A DNA stretch of 64,000 nucleotides from Neocallimastix sp. 'constans' (lineage: Eukaryota), in the NCBI GenBank assembly GCA_050613775.1, contig JBODTK010000010.1:310001-374000 (forward strand), given 5' to 3'. Positions 14,246 to 30,569 of this stretch are shown here, piece after piece. The notes beneath the pieces were generated by a model. That model was given only the letters and a program-made list of their open reading frames with translations. It had not been told where the DNA came from and did not search any database. How positions within the stretch are numbered: the stretch's first letter is position 1; each line of letters starts with the position of its first letter. Position numbers and translations under genes: made by a program.

Positions 14246-15301
14246 TTAATGTCTTTTCTTATAACGTCCAGTATCACCAGCTTCTTCTCTAGCTCTCTTT
14301 TTACCTTCAGCCCTATAAATTTCTTTACGTTTCTTTGTTTGTTTTTCTTCTCTAATCTTTTCTTCTTTAGCTTGTTTCTTTAAATATACTTCTCTACGTT
14401 CTTGGGTCTTTAACTTTCTCTTCTTATCCTTTTCATGCTTTAACGTATTAATTTGTTGCATTAATCTATAAATCTTCTTTTCCTTAGGTTCTAAAACAAC
14501 AGCACGACGTGCCATTAAGGATGGTTTCTTTTGTTTCTTTAGAATCTTTGGTTTAGAAGCAAATGGAAGTTCTTGTTGAAGTGCTTTTGGTATTTTTAAT
14601 GGATTGAAACGACGTGTTGGTCTTACAATTTCCTTTTTTTTTTTTTTTTTTTTTTTAAAAAAATAATAATATAATATAATAAAAAAGAAAAAGTAAAAAG
14701 TAAAAATAAAAATAAAAATAAAAAAAAATAAAAATAAAAATAAAAAAATAAAAAATAAAAAATAATTATAAATAAAATTATTAATATATATTAAAATTAA
14801 ATAAAATGAAAATAATATATATATATATATATTTATTTATTTATTTATTAATTTTTATCTTATAATTTTTTTTTTTTTTTTTTTTTTTTACCTTATATGA
14901 AGAATCTGGATTCATTGGAATTGGTAATTTATTTATTCTTCTAATTTCTGATACAGTCTTCATACCTTGCCATGAAGTTTTTTCTGATAATAACAATGAA
15001 GTTACTGGATTATAGAATTTCTTTGGTTTAACTGGATACCATGCTCTTAAGAAAACGATATCTAAATAATAATTATAATTATAATAACATTAATAATTAA
15101 ATATTTATTTTTATGATATATATACATACATATACATATATAATAATTGAATTAAACTTATATATATCATATTTGATATTTACCACTCATTAAAATCTTA
15201 TCTTCAAACGTTGCACGGAAAGCACCATCTGGTTTCTATAAAGATAAAAAATAAATAAATAAATCAGATTTAATCATTTAATTAATATTTATTATGTGAA
15301 T

Positions 15302-15339
<38 letters not shown>

Positions 15340-15892
15340 ATTATTATTTAAATATATGTATATATAAATATATAAATATATATATATATTTATAAATATA
15401 ATTATACTTACTGGTAAATATTTTTTAATTTGACCACGGATACCACTAACTGTTCTAATTGCTACACCTTCAAATTTAGCAACTTCAAGAGATGAATTAA
15501 ACATATCTCTAATGAATGCTGTATTTTTGAAAATCTTAAATGGTGTACCTGTAAGTTTTAACTTCTTTACAACTTCTGTGGATTGATCAATATCTAATAC
15601 AACACCAGTTGCAGCTATACGGAAAGCTTGAGTAGTTTCTGTCATACTTCTAAAGGCACAGAAACCAGTATTTGGTTGCGTTTTTGGACCATAGAACTGT
15701 GCCAAACAGTGCATATGTTCTGGCGTATATTTAAGCATTCTATTTCTGGTACCATCGATATTTAATGAATAAATTGGGATTGATTGAAATCTTCTCCAAC
15801 CTAATGAAAAGATTAATGGATCATTAGTTTTTAATACCTTTTGATGCCATCTATGTCTCTTAATTCTTACCTAAAACATATAAATAAATATA

Positions 15893-15950
<58 letters not shown>

Positions 15951-17416
15951 TTAATAATAATATTAATAATAATATTAATAATAATAAATTAATATGTTTT
16001 CATTTAATTTATTTTTAAATTTTTAAAAAATATAATATATATTTGAATGATATTGATATAAAAAATATAAATCTTTTTTATATCATATTATATATATTAA
16101 ATTATATAAATGTTTATATGTTGGCTTATGTATATAACTTACTTGAATAAATCCAAAGGCTTCTTCTGTTGAAAGAAGACCACCAACAATAACTGGATAG
16201 GCTGGATCAAAATGTTCAATAAATTCACATGGTAAATTTTTAATTAAAATACGAACATATTGACCTGGACGATAACCTTCAATTTTAGCTCTTGTTTCAG
16301 GATCATCTTCTTCAAATTCAGCTCTATTTAATTCTAATTGTTTATTAATACCACTTTTAATTTCTTCATAGAAATTATCATTTTCCTCTTCTTCACCATC
16401 ATATTCCGCATCAAACTTTTTCTTTAATTCTTCCTTCTTTTTAGCTAATCTTTCTTCTTCCGTTAAGCCATCGTCACCGACTTCATTTTCATTATCTCCA
16501 TCATCTTCATTATCATTATCTTCACCCTTAACAACTTCACCTGTTTCCAAATCTTCAAAATCACCATAAACTTCATCTTCTTCTCCATCACCATTATTGG
16601 TTTTGCTATTACCATCACCAGTAATGAAACGATATCTTAATGATTCAATAGTTTCTTCATCTGACCAATCTTCTAAATCATCATTTAATAAAATTAATTT
16701 AGAAGTATCTATTGTATCAGTACTAATTCTTTTTTGGGGTTTAACTTTTACAAATAATTCATCTTCATCATTATTTTCTTCTTCAGATTCTTCAGATTCT
16801 TCAGAATCAGAACCATCATAAACGATTTGCATTAAATTTTTCTTTCTCTTAACATCTTTGAAATTTGCAGCAGCTCTTTCTGCCATACCAATCTTCCAAT
16901 TTAATTCACCATTTTCATCATCGTCATCGTCATCACCTAATTCACTATCACTTTCAGCAAATGCAATTTCCTCATCATTTTGTTCTTCATTATCGTATTT
17001 ATCAAATGCTCTTCTTCTTTTTCTCTTTGTTTGATCTGTATCTTCCATTTCCTCATCATCATTATCCTCTTCTTCATCATCATCATCTTCTTCATCTTCT
17101 TCACCTTCATCATCATCATCTTCTTCTTCTTCATCTTCTTCTTCTACATCATCATTTTCTTCATCATCATTATCATCTTCATCACCAAAAACAGCTTTTC
17201 TACGAACATTACCATTTTCATCAACTTCTTCAGTATATGAAACTTCCTTTCCTGAAATAGTTTTAAGATCAGTTGCCTTTAATGGTGCTGAATTTTTAAA
17301 TAATTGAAGTTCACTTTTTTCAATTTTATCTGCTAATGTATCCTGAGCATCTTGAAGGTCAATAACAAGTTTTTCACCTTCAGTTTTTTCTTCATCTAGT
17401 TATTAATAAATATTTA

Positions 17417-17493
<77 letters not shown>

Positions 17494-19706
17494 ATTAAAA
17501 TAAAAATAAATAAAAATAATAAAATATAATATAATAATATTATATAATAATAATAATAATAATTTCAATATTTACTAAACTTACCATCATTATCTTTATT
17601 AAAGTTTCCTGTTACATTAATATATACAGCATCTTTATCATATAAAATACCACCTACATCTGACATTGGAGCATAAATTAATTTTTGCTTATCATTTAAT
17701 GATTTTTTAACTTTATCAGGTAGTGGACATGGATCCGGTAATAAACTTATATCTGATATCCAATGATCACCAGATCCAGGTATGTGAACCTTTTTATTTA
17801 ATTATTATTATTTTAATATTTTCATCAATATTGATTTAAAAAATTAATTTTATAATTTAATATGGAATTATATATATATATGTATATATATATTTATTAA
17901 TTTATATATTTATAGTTGAAAACATAATAATATATTTAATATATATTATAATTTTTAATATATAATTATATAATAATAGAAAATAAAAAAATATATATAA
18001 TAAATATTTTTTAATTGTTTAATATTTAATTATTATCATATATTATCAATTTTATTTTTTTTTAAAAAAAATATATATATATATATTTAGTAATATTGTT
18101 TATATAAATAATTTTTATAAATTTATATATTACAAATAATTTATTATTTGTTTACCTTCATATTTGGTTTTAAATTTGTTCCTCTCATATAACCATAAAG
18201 AGTTACATCTCTATCGCATTTTGGATTTTTATGAATAAGTTCTGGATCAGTTAAATCTTCAGCTCTATCACATAAAACGTATGGGTGAGTATTTCTCCAA
18301 ATTAATGGTCTAAATTTCATCACAGAAATAAAACGAGATAAATTCATAACTTCATTTTTAGGGTATTTTCCATTAATAATACCAGATAGGTAAAATAATT
18401 TAGCACCTTGATAAATTTCAGTCCAGAAACGATGCTTTAATTGTTTTTTAGTATTTCTTAATTTTTTATTATTTTTAAATTTATCTAAATGAGTTAATAC
18501 ACCCATAATCTTTGGGAAACCATGCACTTGAAGTATATTTAAAAATTCAAAAGTTTCCATTTCAAAACCAAAATCTGCATCAATTAATAATAAAACTAAA
18601 TCTGCAATTTTTGCTATATCAATCATTGAATTTATATCATTAGCACATTCCATAAATGTAAGTCTCTTCTTTTTACCTAAATAAGGTTTAAAATATTATA
18701 TATATATATATATTAAATAATAACAATAACAATAAAAATTAAAAATTAAAAATTAAAAATTAAAAATTAAAAATTAAAATAAATATTTTTATAAATATAT
18801 TAAATATTAAAATTAAATAAATTGTTTAAATATATATATATTTTTAAGAAAGAAATTAATAATAATATTAAAAACGACATTAAAAATAATAAAATATATG
18901 AAAGTACCTGAAACAACAGTAATTGGACCTTTAATTTCATTTAAATTATATTTGGTATATCTTTTAACTAATGAACGAATTAGTGTAGTTTTACCACACT
19001 TTTATTAAATTATTTTATATTATTATATTATATTATATTATATTATATTGTTATTTGATATTAATTAATTAATATTAATACAATCTTAAAATGTATTGTC
19101 TAATTAAAATTAAATAATAAATTATCACTAACACCTGGTGGGCCAACAACAGCAACCATTGTTGGTGGAGCTTCATCTGGAGTTCTATCAACTAAAGGAA
19201 CATGTAATCTCTTTTGTTCAATATCTGCATTTCTCATAGCATTTTTAAAAGCTTTAACACCAGAATTTAAAGCGAATGCCTATATAATTATATATTAAAT
19301 ATGTCAATTATAACATTAATATTTAATAATAATATATAATTATTTATTAATTTTTCAAAATCAAATTTTTAAAATTTGATTAATAAAAATTCATTTCAAA
19401 TTAATATTAAAGTAATATACGGTTTAAAATGTGTTTGATATTAATTAATATTTTTTCAAAAGAAAGTATATATTATACAAGTAAATCTATAGATATATTC
19501 TTTATTTTTTATTAATTATTTTACTGTATCAAGAAAAAGGGATAATTATATTTGTATATTTTAATATTGATTTCTTTCAATTTATTTATTTATAAATAAA
19601 AATTTAAAACATCTCAAATGTTAATGTTCTAATAATATATAAATAAAATTGAATTTCAATTTCTTCCAAAATTTTTTTGTTAATTTGACATAATTTTTAT
19701 TTCATA

Positions 19707-19737
<31 letters not shown>

Positions 19738-19808
19738 GTATAATTTAATTCATAAAAAAAAAAAATAAAATAACATAAAATAATACATTATAAATGAAGT
19801 AAAATCAT

Positions 19809-19858
<50 letters not shown>

Positions 19859-19963
19859 ATTAGTAACCTTTGGATTATTTTTTTCGCTATTTTTTCTTTG
19901 TTTTTTTTCAGCCTTTGGTCCAGCTTGTTTAGCTCTATGTGGTTTTCTTTGTTGTTCCTCCAT
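14246..19963 (-). CDS. BMS1: Ribosome biogenesis GTPase BMS1, 10 exons, 1126 aa
   Basis: Exons 19963-19868, 19279-19133, 18998-18908, 18676-18156, 17789-17585, 17395-16143, 15870-15412, 15235-15184, 15061-14892, 14632-14246, total 3381 nt. Motifs [11 protein letters not shown]-loop [37 protein letters not shown], acidic middle, [35 protein letters not shown]. Confidence 0.97.
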
Positions 19964-20338
19964 TGTTAATTATATTTTGATTAAAAAACAATAAATAAAT
20001 GAAATTTAATAAAAATTTCTTTCGAAATTAATTTTAAAAATTTGAATTTTATTATTGAAAAACTCAAATTATTGGTAATAAAAATTATAAAATATATGTA
20101 ATATTTGTAAAAAAAAAAAAAAAAAAAAAATGATAGATAGGATTAATAATATATATATATTAAAAAATAAAAAAAGGAAAGAAAAAAGAAAAAGAAAAAA
20201 TAAGAATAAAAATAATAAAAAGAACTAAAATTTAAAATTTTAAATAATTCTTTCAACAATAGTTCATTATTTCTTCCTTTTCTTTAAAAAATACTTTCTT
20301 TTAAAACTTTTTTTTTAAATAATTAATAATAATAATAA

Positions 20339-20369
<31 letters not shown>

Positions 20370-21098
20370 AAAATTAAAATTAATTATCCTATATATTAAT
20401 AATATATTATTATATATATATAATTTGTAATTTGTATAGTATTTAATGTAAATAAAAAATTATATATAAAATATAATATATTTTAATATTAATGGCTCAT
20501 ATAATAAATCTTTATTTTGCCAATCAAAATGTTTAAAAAGATTTAAAATTCTTAAAAATTTAATAGTTAAGGCTTTAAATTTAGTTATATATAAAAAAAT
20601 TATTTTTTTATTATTATATTTTATTTAATATATGGCTTTAAATTATTGTGAAATGCGCCATATTTTACAAAGTTTTTTTTTCTCTATAATTTTATTAATA
20701 TTGCTAAGAAGTACAAAAATTATAATAAAAATAATAATAAAGAATATTTTTATATTATTACTTTTATAAAAATAGTTAATTATTAATAAAATTATATTTA
20801 AATAATTAATTTATTTATTAATTAATTTTAGCAATATAAAAAATGGATAATAATTATTACATATCTAAAATATTCTTTAAAAATAAAATTTTCATGTTAT
20901 ATTAAATAAAAAAATAAATTTTAGAAAAGCGGTAAAAAAAAAAAAAAAAAAAAAAAAATAAGAAGGTCAAAAGGTATAGAATTGGACATAATATTATAAA
21001 ATAAATATTAAATTAATATTATATAATTATTATTTTTTTAAAACAATAATAAATATATTAAAATAGCATTATCTTTTTATTATAATTTATAAAGGAAA

Positions 21099-23917
<2,819 letters not shown>

Positions 23918-24394
23918 AGAAGAAAACGAAGAAAATTAATATTTAAATAAAAATTAAAATTTAAAAAAAAAAAAATAATTAATAAAAAATAAAATATTAA
24001 TAATAATAAAGAAAAAATATTTCCTAATATAATCATAAATCAAGTTAAACATAAAATAAAATAAATTAAAGTCAAAAAAAAAAAAAAAAAAAAATTAAAA
24101 CATTAAAAAAAAAAAAAAATAAAAAATAAAAAATACAAGTGTATATAAATGTATATTTGATTAACATAATAAAACCTTGCAAAATATATATTTAAATGAA
24201 AATAACATTGTAATGAAAAAAAAAAAAAATAAAATTTTTAAAAAGCAAATAATTCATAATTCATAATTAATAGAATTCAATTTTATATTAAAAATTCACT
24301 TTTTTTTTTTATTTATTTATATATAAAGTTTTAAATTATATATATATATACATATATAATTTTTTATTATTATAGTGAACTAAATAATAAAAAT

Positions 24395-24430
<36 letters not shown>

Positions 24431-24466
24431 AAGAAAAAAAGAGTTTAGTAATAAAATGTACAGAAT

Positions 24467-24502
<36 letters not shown>

Positions 24503-24785
24503 TTTGTTTGTTTGTTTGTTTTTGTTTTTGTTTTTTGTTTTAATTACTTTGTCTCTTGTTTTTTGTTATATTTTTAATTTTTTTTTTAACTAAATTTATT
24601 AATATATTTTAACATTTAAAATTCTATGGTATTATAAATTTCAATATTTTCTTTTTCTTTTAATAAAAAAAAAAAAAGAACTTTCCCTAAATTTAATTAT
24701 TATTATTTAGGTTTTGTTGTTATCAATATTAAACGCTAAAAATTATAGCATTTATTAATTAAAGAAAAAAAAAATTTTTTTTTTA

Positions 24786-24824
<39 letters not shown>

Positions 24825-25160
24825 ACAGATTAAAAGTTTTTTTTTATTACATAAAACATTAAATTGAAAATATGTTAATGTTAATTAACTATTGATTTCT
24901 TTACTTTATTTTATTTTTTGTTTTGTTTTGTTTTGCTTTTTTTTTTTTTTTTTTTTTTGGTTATATTTTATTTTATTTTTTCCTATATAATCATTAAATT
25001 TTTAAACTTATTTTTTCATTATATATTTATTATATAGGCTTTTCTTAAATAAATTGTATTAATACTTTTATTGTTATAAAAAGCATTATTTTATATATTA
25101 GTATTTACTTTTATTTATCTTTCAGATACATCGTGTTTTCTCTACTTTTTATAAATATTA

Positions 25161-25193
<33 letters not shown>

Positions 25194-25214
25194 TTAATAA
25201 GCAATAATATATAT

Positions 25215-26557
25215 TTATCTAATTAATAAACCTAAATCATAATCCGATACTTCATTAAGACTATTATATGATGGTTTATTAAGCATTGTATCACTAATTG
25301 ATTCATCATTACCATTAACATTATTAATTCTAGAAACACTGAGATGATTTCCACTATAACTACGATGATTAGCATTATTACTAACAGTGTTATTAGAATG
25401 AATCACATTATTATTAGAATTAGAATTAACATTAGAATTGCCATTATTATTTGATGAATCAAGTGAAGTTATAACTGTATCAGGTAATGGAGAAGCCATA
25501 ATATTCCCTGAAAGAAGATTTGTAGTAGTATTATTACTAAATGATATTACTGAATATCTATTACGGTCATTACTGGATGGGCTAGAATTATCATTTAATA
25601 TAATAGTTGGACCTAAGAATTCTTCATTATTATTTCCAAAACTAATATTGGTAATACGATTATTTCTAGGAGAGGATAATATTAAATGAGAAGTACGATT
25701 AGCAGCGGGTGAAGCATTAAGTAAAGAAGTATAATATCTAGTTCTATCTTCACGACCTAAAATAAGAAAAGAATAAAGAAAAAAATATATATTAATTATT
25801 AAAATAACATTTATTTGTATAATAATAATAATTATCATTTATTTATTTAAAATATATATATATATATATTTGAATATTCGAACTATTATTTATGTTTATT
25901 CTGTGATATATATCTATTATTTACAAAACTTGATAAATTATTATGATTCTATTTTATTATATTATGATTCTAATATTAATAATTAAAGCAAAATATATAT
26001 ATATATATTACCTGATTCTGAACTTGAGTCCTGTATAACATTATGGAATGTATTACTAATATGTGGAGCATCATTATACGTAATACCATCTTGATTGAAT
26101 ATGGCATGACGACTAGATCTACGAATATTATAAGGATTATTACCTCTTATCGAACTTCTACGGACAAGATTTGCTCCACGATTTGAATTATTATTGTCAA
26201 GTATGTTATTATTATTGTTATTGCCACTACTATTATTATTATCATTTGATGTTTCCTGTGATGATGTTTCAAATGACGAAATAACTGTAGATGGAAGTGG
26301 TGAAGTAGTTATTTGATGATTGCCACCAAATGGTAACAAATTTATTGATGGAATATTTTGAGAATCCGAAAAAATATTATTACTATTATTATTAGTAGTA
26401 GTACTATTAAAATTATTGATAGTAGTATTTCTTCTAATTCTTCTACCACCATTACCAAGTAGTGTTAAATTTTCTTCATTGTAAGGATCTTCTCTTAATA
26501 AAGCATTAAATCCTGAATTTGAAGTTGAAGTATTATTTAAATTATTATTACTTTCTC

Positions 26558-26600
<43 letters not shown>

Positions 26601-27467
26601 GTAAAACATTCTGGCAAGATCATTAAAACTATCATTAATGTAAATATTTCTACGACGTCTTCTTCTACCATTCATTGGAAGTAATGAATCATTCATACCA
26701 AGAATATTATTTGATTCAGGAACTGAAAGATTATTTATGTCATCAATATTCTGAATGTTTAATGGATAATTTAAATTGAAACGATCTTGTGAATTTTGTT
26801 CAGAAGCAGTAACAGCTGCTTCATATAATGATACAGCTACTTGCGTTGGAATATATGCTTTCCATTTTGCTAATAAAGCTTCAGCTCTTTTATTGATATC
26901 GTATTCCGGTATATTTAAACGACTAATTGTACCTAGTACTTTCCCAATTTTAGATTCCTTATATATTATAATTAAATGATTAAAAATTTTGGTATAATAA
27001 AAATTACAATAAAATATTAATAATATTAATTATAGTTCCTTATAAATTATACATTTAAATTACTATTATTACTATTATTATTACTATCATTATTATTATT
27101 TTTTTTTTTTACTATAACAATCATTACAATAACAATAATAATAATTTATAAACCATACCATTAAAATGAAGAAATTTATATTTAATGATTCTAATTCGGT
27201 TAATAAAACATTGGCTTTGGATAAATAATTGTCATCTGGATTATTATTTGATAATAGTAATTTTTGAAGATTTACTCTTATTCGAAAAACTTTTCTAAGT
27301 TGAATTGTTTCTATAATTGTTTTTATTTAAAGTTTTTATCAATATATATAATAATTATGTTTGTACAAAAATTTTTAAATTATTTCTTTGAAAAAAAAAT
27401 ATCAAACTATTAATTTCAATTTTGATTTCATTAAAAATATACCTTCACTTTCCCAAATTAAACCCAT
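25215..27467 (-). CDS. Protein with an N-terminal TFIIS-N/LW-like helical bundle and a long Asn/Ser-rich disordered tail, 4 exons, 554 aa
   Basis: Exons 27467-27443, 27310-27159, 26957-26012, 25756-25215, all GT-AG, total 1665 nt. The N-terminal segment LLTELESLNINFFILMESKIGKVLGTISRL...INKRAEALLAKWK fits the TFIIS-N (Med26/IWS1/LEDGF-IBD) pattern. Confidence 0.75.
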
Positions 27468-28289
27468 GATGATTAAGTATAATTAGTATATCTTAATTAA
27501 TACTAATTTTTTTATTATTGCATGTTATAATTTATAATTTAATAATTTTTAATAATAAATATGATATAAGTAAAAATATTAATATTAATAATTTTTTATT
27601 TATAAAATTTAATTATTGAATAGAATAAAAAAAAGCTAATCTTGTTATATAATAAATTTAGTACATAAATTATTGCTTTTGTTTTTGTTTCTCAATTATT
27701 GATTTATTTTTATTTAATTTTTGATATTATCTTTTTTTTTTTTTTTTTTCTATTAATTTTCATTAAATCGATGACATTTTTACATGTCAGGGGTTAAGTT
27801 TGTTTAATCTTTTATTATTTTTGTTTATAAACATATAATAACATATTACTTATATATATTAATAAATAGAAATTTCTTATTATTTAAAAATGATGTTAAT
27901 TATTCTATTTAATATAATATATTAGTTTATCTACTTATTTATTTATTAATATTATATTTTTTGTAATTATATAAGAATAAAAATTTAGATATTAATTATC
28001 CTTTTATTCTAAAAAAAAAAAAAATTTATATATATAATAATTATTAAGCCTTATCATTATTTATATATTTATATAAATCATATATCTATATTTAATATCT
28101 TTTTGTTATATTTATATTATTAAAATGACCTATATTTATTATGATTTGTTAAGTATTTATAATCTAATAATAATTAAAACTTTTTATTAAATATACAAGA
28201 GTTAATTTATATTATTTAAAAAATATTTACTTTTTTATTATAAGAAAAAAGGAATAGAATAATATAAATTTTTATATTTCTTTTATTAG

Positions 28290-28321
<32 letters not shown>

Positions 28322-28385
28322 TTTCTTTATAATATATAATTTTTAATTTTAAAACAAAGTAAAGTAAAAGAAAAATTAAAAATAA

Positions 28386-28419
<34 letters not shown>

Positions 28420-28819
28420 TTAAAATAAAAAAAAAATCAATTTATTAAAAAAAATCTTATTTTTTTACACAAATTTTTGGGAATTTGAAAAAGAATAAAA
28501 AAAATTATTAAATAAAATTATACTTTTTTAAAAAATAATTATAAAGAATTTAAATTTTTATTTTAATATGATTCATATATAAAAATATAGATTTTCTTTA
28601 TCATATTAATTATTAAAAAATATACCAAATCTACGGTGTCTTCTACAGTTACCATAAAATATGAATCTTATTTATTTATTTCCTTCTTTATAATATAGGC
28701 GTATATTTAAAACAATTATGAAACTCTATAATAACTAAATCTTTTTTTTTTTTTTATTTTTCTTTAATTTTAACCTTTTTGTTAATTCAAAATAAGAATA
28801 TATTCACAAATTAAATTTT

Positions 28820-29210
28820 TTATTTATTCATTATTGTATTTATTTATTTATTCATTCATTCAATATTTTATTTATTTATTTATTTATTTATTCATTATTT
28901 TATTTATTTGTTTGTTTATTTATTATTTTATTTATTTATTTATTCATTATTTTATTTATTTATTTGTTTATTTATTATTTTATTTATTTGTTTGTTTATT
29001 TATTATTTTATTTATTTATTTATTAATTATTTTATTTATTTATTTATTAATTATTTTATTTATTATTTATTAATTATTTTATTTATTTATTTATTTATTT
29101 ATTCATTATTTTATTTATTTTCTCATTTATTTATTTATTATTTATTAATTAATTAATTAAATATTTATTTATTTATTTATTTATTTATTATATATTTATT
29201 TATTATTTAT
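28820..29210. repeat. (TATT)n-based low-complexity tract
   Basis: Degenerate TTTA/TATT repeats seen directly. Confidence 0.85.
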
Positions 29211-29361
29211 AACAATGTATTATTCACTATTTTCATAATTAGAAAATTATAAAAACTATAATAAATAATTGAATAATTATAAATATGAATATTTTTTTAT
29301 AATAATTACTATTTTACATAAATGAATAAATATAATAATAATAAGTGATTATTATTATTTT

Positions 29362-29805
29362 TTAGACTGGGATTAATAAGAGGGAATGATTATATGGCCT
29401 CCAATCTCTCCTATAAACGTATTAGGATCATTGAACTGTTTTGGACTTCGACACGTACCTCTCTCTAAGCAAAGGTAATATGAAAGAAACTCCCTATACG
29501 TTGGTTTATACGACGGGCTTCTTTTCAGTTATCTCTTGAACCATCAATGAAAGAGAAACAACTACAATAAACCTCTCACAAATTAAGTGCTCTCTCTACT
29601 GTGTCTACACTAACAATTATATAGTCTAGCAACAGGAATACTTATCTCAGCATATACCAAACCATTTATGGGCCTAGGAGAATGAAAATCACACCATATA
29701 AGCATATAAGTTCAGGGGGTAATCGCGGGGTCGATCCAGAAATTTTATTTGTGTTAGCTCCAAGTACTAACCTTCAGAATAAAAATTGGAAGACTAAAGG
29801 ATTAT
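29362..29805 (-). mobile_element. GC-enriched island, probably the 3' end of a 5'-truncated non-LTR retroelement
   Basis: Minus strand ends ...AATCCCAGTCT-AAAAA, resembling the LINE termini ATTCCCTGTCT-(A)n at 36700 and CTTCCTAGTC-(A)n at 39976. No intact ORF. Confidence 0.4.
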
Positions 29806-30524
29806 TTAATAATAAAAATTATAATTTATAAAGTATAAAAATCGTTATTATATATTGATTTTTACACTTTCAATAATTTGAATAAGTTATTATATAACTT
29901 ATTCAAATTTTAACAAAAGTATTCTTATTTATTTATTTATTTACTTATTTACTTATTTAATTAATTATTTATTTCTTTACTTATTTATAAATTATTTATT
30001 TATATTTATTTATTTATTATTGTACCATAACTTAATATAGCCACATCACACGTGTGCATATACATTATTTTTATTGGATATAATAAAATAATTAAATATA
30101 ATTATGTATATTAGTATGAGAAATGAAATATATTATTTTTTTTTTTTTTTTTTTTATTATATTTTTATCTAGACCAATTTTAATTTAATTAAAGGTAATA
30201 TGTTTCATATATCTTTAATAGTAAATACCATCACAATAAACAATAAACTAAAAATCATTAAAATACAATTTTAATAGTAAAACAATATCAATAATAAAAA
30301 AAATTAATTATAAACTTAAAAAATAAATTTTTAGAAATTGCTGTTATCACTTCCAAAGTATTTATTAAGCTTTATTAATGTATAAATAGTTTAGAAAAAA
30401 TAGGAATAAGGAAAAATATTTTAAAGTTAATTGTAAAATGGATAATTAATGAGTTAATGATTTAAAATTTCTGTATTTAAATTGTTTTTATTATAAAAAA
30501 TTTTTCATTTATGATATATTAATT

Positions 30525-30569
<45 letters not shown>

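Noticed and set aside
16597..17260. His-rich and Ile/Phe-rich ORFs
   Set aside because: Alternative or antisense frames of the acidic tract of BMS1.
20885..20893. RRPE-like AAAATTTTC upstream of BMS1
   Set aside because: Expected by chance at this AT content; no PAC motif nearby.
27447..27467. Possible N-myristoylation signal MGLIWES
   Set aside because: Ser is at position 7 rather than 6, so the consensus is not met.
28834..29156. Hydrophobic YLFI-repeat ORFs
   Set aside because: Translation of (TATT)n low-complexity DNA; the same applies to ORFs at 5894, 10640, 11902, 32406, 35042 and 62144.
29638..29780. U1-like ATACTTATCT and U6atac-like GAAGGTTAGTACT (minus strand)
   Set aside because: Critical positions mismatch (no ACTTACCTG, no AAGGAGAG box, no AGC triad) and the remaining snRNA elements are absent.
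30040..30062. CACACGTGTG palindrome as a Helitron 3' hairpin
   Set aside because: No CTRR terminus at the right distance and no other Helitron evidence.
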